Under the pieces are notes generated by a model, which had not been told where the DNA came from, ran no database searches, and saw nothing but the letters and a program-made list of their open reading frames with translations. DNA of 32,000 bases from Deinococcus radiodurans R1 = ATCC 13939 = DSM 20539. GTDB taxonomy: Bacteria > Deinococcota > Deinococci > Deinococcales > Deinococcaceae. The stretch spans positions 1,850,603 to 1,882,602 of the forward strand of contig NC_001263.1 in the NCBI RefSeq assembly GCF_000008565.1. The letters run 5' to 3'. Shown one piece after another: positions 1-8,474 of this stretch (position 1 is the first letter of the stretch; the number at the start of each line of letters is the position of its first letter). The position numbers were made by a program, and so were the translations under genes.

Positions 1-1
1 C

Positions 2-850
2 CTAGACTACTCGGACGTGATCCGGCAGCATGTGGAGCGCGGCGCGAGCGTGACGATGGTCACGACGGAGCTGGCAGACGAACAGCAGGCCACCCGCTTC
101 GGCAACGTCCGTGCGGCGAAGAATGGCAAGGTCAGCGAGTTCGCCTACAAACCCGACGAGCCGCTCGGCAAGACCGTAACCGCCGAAGTCTTCGTGTACG
201 ACGCGCACATCATGCTTTCCACGCTGGAAGCCCTGTCAAAAGAGGGCGAGCTGGGCGACTACGGCGAGGAGCTGCTGCCCGCGCTGGTGGCCCGTGGTGA
301 CGCCCACGCCTTTCCCATGCACGGTTACTGGATGGACGTGGGCACGCTGGACGCTTACTTGCAAACCCACCGCGATTTTCTGGACGGCAAAGGCTTTGCG
401 CTCGACGACCCGCAGTGGCCCTTCATCACTTCCAGCATCAGCCGCCCGCCGACCCGGATCGAGAAGACCGCCCGGCTGGACGAGGCGTTGGTCTGCGGCG
501 GCGCGGTGATCGCCGGGGAAGTCGTGCGGAGCCTGATTGCCCCGAACGCGGTGGTGGAAGCGGGCGCCGTGGTCCGCGACTCGGTGGTGCAGCCGGGTGC
601 CGTGATTCGCGCCGGGGCACAGGTGAGCCGCGCGGTGGTGGACCAGGACGCCGAAGTCGGCCCGGGCTCGCGCGTGGGCGGACAGACCGGCAACAGCCGC
701 CCCACCGTGGTCGGCGCCCATGCCCACCTGGGTCCCGGCGTGCAGGTCGGCCCCGGTCAGGTGGTGGCCCCGCGCACCCGCGTGAAGGCAGGCGAGGAGG
801 GGCAGAAGGTGCAGGAGCTGGACGCGGACGACAAGGCGGGGAAAAAGTAG
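2..850 (+). CDS. glgC: glucose-1-phosphate adenylyltransferase (ADP-glucose pyrophosphorylase), N-terminus cut by window edge
   Basis: The frame is open from base 2, so the listed GTG at 17 is internal. The translation shows the nucleotidyltransferase core (FGNV..., HGYWMDVGTLDAY) followed by hexapeptide/left-handed beta-helix-like repeats (VIAGEVV, VVEAGAVV, VIRAGAQV). GC3 is high and the stop is TAG at 848-850. Confidence 0.8.
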   Translation, partial: LDYSDVIRQHVERGASVTMVTTELADEQQATRFGNVRAAKNGKVSEFAYKPDEPLGKTVTAEVFVYDAHIMLSTLEALSKEGELGDYGEELLPALVARGDAHAFPMHGYWMDVGTLDAYLQTHRDFLDGKGFALDDPQWPFITSSISRPPTRIEKTARLDEALVCGGAVIAGEVVRSLIAPNAVVEAGAVVRDSVVQPGAVIRAGAQVSRAVVDQDAEVGPGSRVGGQTGNSRPTVVGAHAHLGPGVQVGPGQVVAPRTRVKAGEEGQKVQELDADDKAGKK

Positions 851-858
851 AGCCACAG

Positions 859-893
859 AAAAAAGCACCGGCCAGGAATCCCCCAGCCGGTGC
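859..893 (-). terminator. rho-independent terminator after secG
   Basis: Stem GCACCGGC (865-872) pairs with GCCGGTGC (886-893). On the minus strand the hairpin is followed by TTTTTT (A-run 859-864 on +). Confidence 0.6.
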
Positions 894-910
894 CCTGTCC
901 CTGACGCGGC

Positions 911-1141
911 TCAGCGCGAGACGAACACGATCAGAAAGGCGAGCAGCATAAACAGCCCGCCCAGGACGGCGGTGGTGCGGACCAGGCCGCCTTCCACCCC
1001 GCGCCCGCCGAGCAGCGAGCCGCCCGACGCCATGCTAGCCGAGAGGCCCGCCTGCTTGGGCACTTGCAGCAGCACGAAAAACACCAGGCCGACGCAGATG
1101 GCAGCGAACAGAATCAGAAAGATGGTCAGAATGGGGGTCAT
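911..1141 (-). CDS. secG: preprotein translocase subunit SecG
   Basis: 76 aa with two TM helices flanking a Gly-rich loop (MTPILTIFLILFAAICVGLVFFVLLQ...GGSLLGGRG...). The ATG at 1141 has GAGG about 8 nt upstream. The longer 92-aa form lacks an RBS. Confidence 0.85.
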   Translation of the reverse strand: MTPILTIFLILFAAICVGLVFFVLLQVPKQAGLSASMASGGSLLGGRGVEGGLVRTTAVLGGLFMLLAFLIVFVSR

Positions 1142-1282
1142 AGGGAAAACCTCTGGAAGAACGTGGAATCGGGGCAAGGCGCCGCGCACGGCGTAACGGC
1201 TCAGTTTAGCGGGCCCGGAGTGAGGCGGGATGAGGGGGCCAGTTCCCGCAGCGCCGCTTGGAGCGCATCTGGCATCGAAAGA

Positions 1283-1331
1283 CCCCTCACCCCTCGCTCT
1301 GCGAGGCCCTCTCCCCCTGGTAGAGGGTCAA
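1283..1331 (-). repeat. double-hairpin repeat unit (CCCTCACCCCT...GGCCCTCTCCCCCTG..AGAGGGTCAA)
   Basis: Close inverted match to 26268-26321. It contains two short stems, CCTCGC/GCGAGG and CCCTCT/AGAGGG. It is embedded in the 1190-1354 non-coding spacer. Confidence 0.55.
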
Positions 1332-1354
1332 GAGCGCCCCATCTCTTGCTTGCT

Positions 1355-1464
1355 CTAAAGCATTTGACAGAAAAAGACACCCTCACCCCCTCGCTGCGGC
1401 GCAGCTCTCTGAGTCCCATCAAGGTAAAGGGTCAAAATCACACCGCATCATTTTGTCAAATGCT

Positions 1465-1468
<4 letters not shown>
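1355..1468. mobile_element. short MITE-like small non-coding repeat with perfect 15-bp terminal inverted repeats
   Basis: CTAAAGCATTTGACA (1355-1369) is the exact reverse complement of TGTCAAATGCTTTAG (1454-1468). TA lies just inside both ends. The interior carries a CCCTCACCCCCTCGC motif related to the hairpin family. Confidence 0.7.
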
Positions 1469-2763
<1,295 letters not shown>

Positions 2764-2769
2764 CTGCCG

Positions 2770-2775
2770 AGTGTA
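2770..2775 (-). promoter_or_regulatory. -10 box (TACACT) for leaderless proA transcript
   Basis: A TAnnnT hexamer lies 6 nt upstream of the proA ATG and no SD is present. The same geometry recurs across the window. Confidence 0.4.
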
Positions 2776-2821
2776 GGGGGTGCGCGGCGGCGGCGGGCGC
2801 GGCGGGATAGATGGTGGGTGC

Positions 2822-2990
2822 TAGAGCATTTGACAAAAAGATGGCACAGCTTTTTGTCGAGGGGACTGGGACAGTTCGCAGAGAGCGAGTACAAAACACT
2901 GAGCAGGACGGACTTGCAAAGCTGCGAAGCAGAGAATGAAGTGGGTGGCGGTGCTGTTCCGACGCACGCGTAATTCGGAGAACTGCTCTA
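2822..2990 (+). mobile_element. MITE-like small non-coding repeat, copy A (165 bp + flanking TA)
   Basis: TA-GAGCATTTGACAAAAAGATGGCACAGCTTTTTG....CGCGTAATTCGGAGAACTGCTC-TA. Roughly 90% identical by eye to the copy at 17834-18002, and clearly homologous (with internal deletions) to those at 13728-13878 and 29385-29514. The termini are inverted (GAGCA/TGCTC), there is an internal 7-bp stem CAAAAAG/CTTTTTG, and it has no coding potential. Confidence 0.85.
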
Positions 2991-4088
2991 GAGCAGCACC
3001 AGGTCGTCACGGTGCACCGCCTCTTCACCGTAGGTGTACCCCAGCAGCGCCTCGATCTCACGGGAATGGTGGCCACACACCCGGCGCAGGTCGTCGGCCC
3101 GGTAGCGGGTCAGGCCGCGCCCGAGTTCCTGGCCGTCGGGGGCGAGCAGGCGCACGGTGTGGCCGCGCTCGAAGTCGCCCTCCACCTGCCGGATGCCCGC
3201 CGGAAGCAGGCTGCTGCCGCGCTCGCGCACCGCCTGCGCCGCGCCGCCGTCGAGGAGCAGCCGCCCGTGCGCGATTTCGGCCAGAATCCAGCGCTTGCGG
3301 GCCTCCAAACGGGTGCCGTGCGCCAGAAAGCGGGTGCCGAGCGCCTCGCCGTCCACCACCCGGCGCAGGGCCTCGGGCAAGTCGCCGGGGGCGATGACGA
3401 CGGGGGTGCCGGCGCGCGTGGCAATTTCGGCGGCCTGAATCTTGGTGTGCATTCCGCCGGTGCCCCGGTGGCTTCCCGCGCCGCCCGCCAGTGCCCAGAT
3501 ATCGGGGGTCACGCGCTCCACCACCGGAATCAGGGTGGCGTCCGGGTGAGTGCGCGGGTCGGCGGTGTAGAGGCCCGGCGCGTCGGTCAGGATCAGCAGC
3601 AGGTCGGCCTCCACCAGATTGGCGACGAAGGCCGAGAGGGTGTCGTTGTCGCCCACCTTGATCTGCTCCACCGCCACGGTGTCGTTCTCGTTGATAACCG
3701 GCAGCACGCCCCGGCTGAGGCAGCCCTCCAGGGTGGTGCGGGCGTTGAGGTAGCGGGTGCGTTCGCGGAAGTCGTCGGCGGTGAGGAGCAACTGGGCCGA
3801 GCGCAGGCCATACAGCTCGGCCAGCGACGTATAGAGGTGCATCAACTGCACCTGCCCCACCGCCGCGAGCAGTTGCTTTTCGGCGAGGGTGCGCTCGCGC
3901 GGCGGAAACCCGAGCGCTTCCCAGCCCGCCGTGACCGCGCCGCTGCTGACCAGCACGACCTCGTGCCCCTGCGCCGACACGGCGGCGATGTCGCGCATCA
4001 GGTCTACCAGCCGGGGCCGGTGCAGGCGGTCGGTGCCTGCGGTCAGAACACTGGTGCCGAGCTTGAGGACAACGCGCATGGCCGACAT
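2988..4088 (-). CDS. proB: glutamate 5-kinase (amino-acid kinase domain + PUA domain)
   Basis: 366 aa with ProB-like motifs (VVLKLGTSVLT, VVLVSSGAV, NDTVAV, GTGGM) and a C-terminal PUA-like region. The stop TAG (2988-2990) is formed at the repeat junction. Confidence 0.95.
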   Translation of the reverse strand: MSAMRVVLKLGTSVLTAGTDRLHRPRLVDLMRDIAAVSAQGHEVVLVSSGAVTAGWEALGFPPRERTLAEKQLLAAVGQVQLMHLYTSLAELYGLRSAQLLLTADDFRERTRYLNARTTLEGCLSRGVLPVINENDTVAVEQIKVGDNDTLSAFVANLVEADLLLILTDAPGLYTADPRTHPDATLIPVVERVTPDIWALAGGAGSHRGTGGMHTKIQAAEIATRAGTPVVIAPGDLPEALRRVVDGEALGTRFLAHGTRLEARKRWILAEIAHGRLLLDGGAAQAVRERGSSLLPAGIRQVEGDFERGHTVRLLAPDGQELGRGLTRYRADDLRRVCGHHSREIEALLGYTYGEEAVHRDDLVLL

Positions 4089-4116
4089 GCTAGCGGGCCA
4101 CTGGCCTCAGCGCGGG

Positions 4117-5079
4117 TTACTCGTCTTCCCCGTCCCCGGTGCTCCCGCCCACGCAAGCAAACGGCGCGTCCAGGTTCTTGGCGACCATCACGCCGTCGTC
4201 GTCGTAGAGATGCACCACCGGCACCAGCGTCAGGTCGTCCGGCGCGTTCCGCAACAGCGAGCCGCGCGCCGTCAGGTCCAGACGCTCGAAGGTGCGCGGA
4301 GCGAGCACGTTCTCGCTGCCGGGCAGGAGCGAGCCGCACTTCCCGTCGTTGCGGGCGAAGGTGAACTGGCCCGAAATCGAGTAGCCCCGAGGCGCGCCGC
4401 TCAGGCTCACGCTGGGGCGCAATCCGCCGGCTTCGGGGGTCAGAGTTGCCGACACGGTGACGTCGGGCAGTGGGGTGCCCAGGTCGCCCTGCCCGCTGCA
4501 CACCCGCACCTGCGCCTGTACCGGGGCAAGGAAGCGGGCGCTGCTGGGCGCCACCCGGTTGGCAAACGTCACGCGGACCTGCGTTTCGGCGCAGTAGGGC
4601 CGGGTGCCGAGGTCACCGGGGTCGGGCGCGCTGCCGGTGAGCACCTCGAACAGGTCGGAGCCAAAGAAATCGTCAGGCCGCAGGGAATCTCCCGCCTGGT
4701 TGCTGCCCCGCACGCTGCCGTCCGGGTTCAGGAGCGTCACCCTCGCCTCGCCCTCGGCGGCCTGCAACACCGTCGAAGTCACGGTGACCTGCCCCACCCC
4801 ACTGAAGCGCCGGGCCCCGCTGCGCAGCTTGGCAATGTCGAGTTGCACCCGCACTTCCCCGACCCGTTTGCCGTTTTTCTGAACGACAGGCAGCCTCACG
4901 AGCTTGCGAGCGTACAGGCGGTCGGACGGAGCTTCGGGCAGCGCCTGCGCGAAAAGCACCGCCGAAACCTGCGGCTGAGACAGAGTGGCCGCAGGAGTAG
5001 CGGGCGCAGGCAGCCGGCCACACGAAGCGAGCAGGAGGGCACCGAAAAGCAGAGCAGGCAGGGTGGACGAACGGGACAT
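4117..5079 (-). CDS. hypothetical lipoprotein
   Basis: 320 aa from the ATG at 5079, with AGGAG 5 nt upstream. It has a signal peptide with a lipobox (ALLFGALLLASC), high GC3 and an acidic C-terminal tail. I recognise no family. Confidence 0.7.
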   Translation of the reverse strand: MSRSSTLPALLFGALLLASCGRLPAPATPAATLSQPQVSAVLFAQALPEAPSDRLYARKLVRLPVVQKNGKRVGEVRVQLDIAKLRSGARRFSGVGQVTVTSTVLQAAEGEARVTLLNPDGSVRGSNQAGDSLRPDDFFGSDLFEVLTGSAPDPGDLGTRPYCAETQVRVTFANRVAPSSARFLAPVQAQVRVCSGQGDLGTPLPDVTVSATLTPEAGGLRPSVSLSGAPRGYSISGQFTFARNDGKCGSLLPGSENVLAPRTFERLDLTARGSLLRNAPDDLTLVPVVHLYDDDGVMVAKNLDAPFACVGGSTGDGEDE

Positions 5080-5139
5080 GCGGGCTCCTTGAGGTGAGGG
5101 GACAGTGAGGGGAGGCAAAGAAAGTGAAAAAACTAACAG

Positions 5140-5169
5140 ATTGTAGAAGGGAGCCTGCCGGATTTGCAA
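5140..5169 (-). promoter_or_regulatory. candidate sigma70-type promoter for the lipoprotein gene
   Basis: On the minus strand, TTGCAA (5164-5169), an 18-nt spacer, then TACAAT (5140-5145). It lies in a locally AT-richer spacer just downstream of the terminator at 5192-5217. Confidence 0.4.
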
Positions 5170-5191
5170 CGATGCCCCGCCCGCTGAACTG

Positions 5192-5217
5192 AAAAACCCC
5201 CGGCAGTGGACCGGGGG
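5192..5217 (-). terminator. rho-independent terminator after the HAMP-protein gene
   Basis: Stem CCCCCGG (5197-5203) pairs with CCGGGGG (5211-5217). On the minus strand it is followed by TTTTT (A-run 5192-5196 on +). Confidence 0.6.
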
Positions 5218-5246
5218 AAGGAAAACATTATTGAGATGGCGGAACT

Positions 5247-6848
5247 TTACGTGCGCTTGCGGCGGCGCAGGCGGTCCATCGCGGCTTCCAGACTCAGGCG
5301 CATACGTTCGAGGGCCTGGGCGAGGTCGCCGATTTCGTCGTTGCGCTCCATGCGGACCGGGCGGGTCAGGTCACCGAGCGAGATGGCGTCGGCCACCTCC
5401 ACCAGCCGTTCGAGCGGCCCCACGATCTGCCGGGCGGCGCGGGCAGCGAAGGCCAGCGCGAGCAGCAGCCCCAGCAGGGTGGTCAGCAGCACCAGCCCCA
5501 GCGTGCTGCGCAGGTTGGCGGCGGCCTGGGTCCCGGCGAGGCCCACCGTGACGCGGCGGACCACCGGGGCCGAGTTCTCCTGTCCCGCCGCCACGGCCCG
5601 TAGGGTGCCCGCCCCCTCGCGCACGATGCTCACACGGCTCACGGTGTAGTCCTGCTTACCGACCCGCAGGCGAGCTGCCGGGCGGTTCCCCGCGCCCCAG
5701 GCTGCCAGCCGGGTGTTGAGCGCGGAGAGGTCGGTGGTGGCCGACGCACGCAGCGTGGTGCCGCCGCCGGGTGTCTCCACCCGCACGAAGCCCACGTTGG
5801 GGTCGCGGACGACGGTGCTGAGCTGCTCACCCTGGGCCGCCGCGCTCGCCGGCAGGGTGGTGCCGATGACCGCCGCGAGCGTCTGGGCACTGCTCTGCAC
5901 CAGCCGCTGCTCCAGCCGGGGCAGCGCCAGCAGCAGCAGCCCCAGGGTCAGCAGGCCCGACAGCCCCAGCGGCAGCAGCGTGCCGAGGCGGATCTGCTGG
6001 GCCAGGCTGCGGCGCGGCTGCCCGCTGGTGACCGCCTCGTCGCTCACATCGGTCAGGAATTCGGTCGTCTGACGCGGCGCCGTGCTCGCCGGGCGCGAGG
6101 TCTGCAAGGTGTCGGCTTCCGGCAGCGACAACGACCCGGTGAAGTCGGCCCAGTCGTCGTTGCCTGCGGCGTCGCCCACCGCCGTCATCTTGCGGGGGTC
6201 CGGGGTGCGGCCCAGAGCGGGTGACGTGGCCTCCTCTCCATTCCGTGCGGGCGCTGCCGAGCGGGCCCAATCGGGCAGGGGGTCGAGATCGGCGTCGGTC
6301 ACGTCGAGCGCGGGCGCCGGGACAACCTGCGACGCCGCTCCATTCAGTCCTGCCACGTCCAGTCCTGACAGGTCCGGCACCTCCGGCACCATCTGCCCTG
6401 CCCCTGCCCGCTCTGTCTCGGAGATGGCCTGCTCGGACGCGGTCAGAAAACCGGGGGTCGCCCCGATGACGGTGGTTGCAGACGCGGGGGCCGCGAACAG
6501 GTCGGCGAAGAGGTCGCTGCTGGGCGTAAAAGGGTCGCTGACACCGGGGGCAAAGGGGTCGAGCGACGCGGCAGGTTGCTCGGCGGGCAGCGGAGTGGCC
6601 ACCGGAGCCGCCGTGTCCTGGGCGGTGCGGACCTCTTCGAGCGAGACCTGGGCGCCCACCGACTCGAAGACCTGCACCAGCAGTTCGGCGCGGGCCTGCG
6701 AGGTCGGTTTCATCAGGCGGCCCGAGCGCCGGGCGGCGAGGCGCTGGGCCTGCTCGGCGTTCAGGCCGAAGCGGCTGACGAGCTGCTCCTCAAGCTGCGG
6801 GCGAATCTCCTCGGGAACGGGTTGGCGAATCAGAACCGTGTACTTCAT
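5247..6848 (-). CDS. membrane protein with C-terminal HAMP domain and no recognisable output domain
   Basis: 533 aa from the ATG at 6848, with AGGA about 7 nt upstream. The N-terminal ~70 aa form a compact domain, followed by a ~270-aa Ala/Pro/Asp-rich low-complexity region. Then come TM1 (LLPLGLSGLLTLGLLLLAL), a ~150-aa extracytoplasmic segment and TM2. The C-terminus is HAMP-like (PLERLVEVADAISLGDLTRPV...DEIGDLAQALERM), after which the protein ends. Confidence 0.75.
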   Translation of the reverse strand: MKYTVLIRQPVPEEIRPQLEEQLVSRFGLNAEQAQRLAARRSGRLMKPTSQARAELLVQVFESVGAQVSLEEVRTAQDTAAPVATPLPAEQPAASLDPFAPGVSDPFTPSSDLFADLFAAPASATTVIGATPGFLTASEQAISETERAGAGQMVPEVPDLSGLDVAGLNGAASQVVPAPALDVTDADLDPLPDWARSAAPARNGEEATSPALGRTPDPRKMTAVGDAAGNDDWADFTGSLSLPEADTLQTSRPASTAPRQTTEFLTDVSDEAVTSGQPRRSLAQQIRLGTLLPLGLSGLLTLGLLLLALPRLEQRLVQSSAQTLAAVIGTTLPASAAAQGEQLSTVVRDPNVGFVRVETPGGGTTLRASATTDLSALNTRLAAWGAGNRPAARLRVGKQDYTVSRVSIVREGAGTLRAVAAGQENSAPVVRRVTVGLAGTQAAANLRSTLGLVLLTTLLGLLLALAFAARAARQIVGPLERLVEVADAISLGDLTRPVRMERNDEIGDLAQALERMRLSLEAAMDRLRRRKRT

Positions 6849-6912
6849 GTGGCTTTCCTTTGAGGCGGGCGGGCAGGGGTCAAACAGGGGCGCGGGCGGG
6901 GCAGGTGGCGGG

Positions 6913-7332
6913 TCAAGCCAGCCTCCGCGTCCGCAACTGCCGCACGAACTGGTGCAGGTGCGCCTCGTCGAGTTCCGGGGCGACGGCCCCGAGCAGCGCG
7001 GAGAGGGTGGCCCCCTCCCCCACCTGATCGAGCGCGTCGTCAATCAGGAATTCGCCGATGGGCCCGACCACGCTCACCAGCGCCTGGGTCACGTTGTCGA
7101 GCACCGCCTCGGTGACCGGCTGCTCGCGGCGCAGGGCGCGGCCCAGCCAGCTCTGGGCCTGCTCCAGCGCCCTTTCCACGTCCTCCTGAGCGAGATCGAG
7201 GTGCGCCGCGATCTGCGCCAGCGTCCGTTTGCCGTCCACCAGGTCGAGCACCCGCCAGGCCGCGTAGGGCAGCGGCGTATCGTCGCGCAGGCCGCTCGGC
7301 CAGCGGGGCACGTCGTGGCTCCAGCGTGTCAC
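6913..7332 (-). CDS. hypothetical small protein, wHTH/DUF4388-like N-terminus
   Basis: 139 aa. Its GTG start overlaps the upstream stop (GTGA at 7329-7332), which implies translational coupling. The motif WRVLDLVDGKRTLAQIA is followed by a helical C-terminal half (ALVSVVGPIGEFLIDDAL). GC3 is high. Confidence 0.65.
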   Translation of the reverse strand: MTRWSHDVPRWPSGLRDDTPLPYAAWRVLDLVDGKRTLAQIAAHLDLAQEDVERALEQAQSWLGRALRREQPVTEAVLDNVTQALVSVVGPIGEFLIDDALDQVGEGATLSALLGAVAPELDEAHLHQFVRQLRTRRLA

Positions 7333-8204
7333 AGCGTCTCCAGGCCGGTGGCCGCCCAGCCGGGGCTGCGGCGCACTTCACCCAGTGGCAGGGTCCGCAG
7401 GTCGAGCCGCAGCTGTCTCAGGCTCAGCCGGTACGCCCCCAGCAGCGCAGGCAAGAGTTCCTGCATCGGCACATCATCTTCGACCGTCAGTTGCCCGCGC
7501 ACCAGCGTGACCTCGCCCGCGAAGGGGTCGAGAACCGGGTGACGCCCCGCGAGCTGCATGCCCACCTGTTTCCAGATGTCCTCAAAACCGGGCGCCGTCC
7601 GCGCCGTGGTCGCCAGCACCTCGCGCCAGGTGTCGAGCAGCAGTTCGCGGTTGTGGTGCTGGTCCGACGACAGGGCGTAACAGGTCGCGCCGGCGGGCGG
7701 CAGCGCCCCCGACATCACCCGGCCCCCTTCCCAGAACGAGCAGTGCGGCCCGGCGAGCAGCACCCCCTGAAACCGCTCGCGCTGCAAGCCCGCGTGCACG
7801 GCGGGCCAGGGCAGCGGCAACTGCCGGGGCGGGGTGCGGCGGCAGTCCCACAGCACCTCGGCCACCAGCGGGTCGGTGACGGTCAGGGTGACCCAGGCGC
7901 GGGGCAGGCCGCGCATCGCCACGTCCAGCGTGACCTCACTACCACTCGCCGCGAGGCCGCCGAGCAGTTGCCCGCTCACCCACACGAACCGCGCCCAGCG
8001 GCCCTGCTGCTCCACGTCGAGCACCCCGGTCAGCCCCTGCTGCTGCAAGGTTTCGAGTTCCGTGAGCACCTCGGTCCAGGGATAGAAGTCGGTGGACAGG
8101 CGCCGGAAAACGGCCTGGTCCTGGGGCACCGGCAGGCGCAGCGGCGCGGCAGGCTGAGGAGCGGGGGAAGTTTGTGGATTCTGGGTCTTAGGGTTCTGGG
8201 TCAT
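7329..8204 (-). CDS. hypothetical protein with two PATAN/DUF4388-like repeats
   Basis: 291 aa, with the ATG at 8204 the only start that gives a full-length protein. The tail is Gln/Pro-rich, followed by GVLDVEQQGRWARFVWVSGQLLGG and a second FQGVLLAGPHCSFWEGGRVMSG segment. Assignment is by pattern only. Confidence 0.65.
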   Translation of the reverse strand: MTQNPKTQNPQTSPAPQPAAPLRLPVPQDQAVFRRLSTDFYPWTEVLTELETLQQQGLTGVLDVEQQGRWARFVWVSGQLLGGLAASGSEVTLDVAMRGLPRAWVTLTVTDPLVAEVLWDCRRTPPRQLPLPWPAVHAGLQRERFQGVLLAGPHCSFWEGGRVMSGALPPAGATCYALSSDQHHNRELLLDTWREVLATTARTAPGFEDIWKQVGMQLAGRHPVLDPFAGEVTLVRGQLTVEDDVPMQELLPALLGAYRLSLRQLRLDLRTLPLGEVRRSPGWAATGLETL

Positions 8205-8474
8205 GGCAGCGAAAAAGGAACAGCAAGTGAGGGGCAGCGTCAGGGCGAGGGCCGGGCCGGCCCCTGACCTCGCCTATCATGACACCGGCACCGGCATGAC
8301 ACCAGCGCGGGGCCAGGCCAACAGGGAGCCGCCCGCAAGACGGAAAGCCCCGCCATTGGAGCGCAGCCGGTCTTACCTGCCACTTACAGGCACTCTGTCA
8401 GGCCTCTACCGCAACAACCCCACCCGGAGGCGTCCGAGCGGGGCTGTGGGGGGTTAAATTTCGGGGCTTAATGC

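Noticed and set aside
6849-7043. 598-aa long form of the HAMP-protein ORF
   Set aside because: The extension overlaps the upstream 139-aa gene region in another frame and is Arg/Pro/Cys/Gly-rich. The ATG at 6848 has an AGGA ribosome-binding site and begins a well-formed domain.
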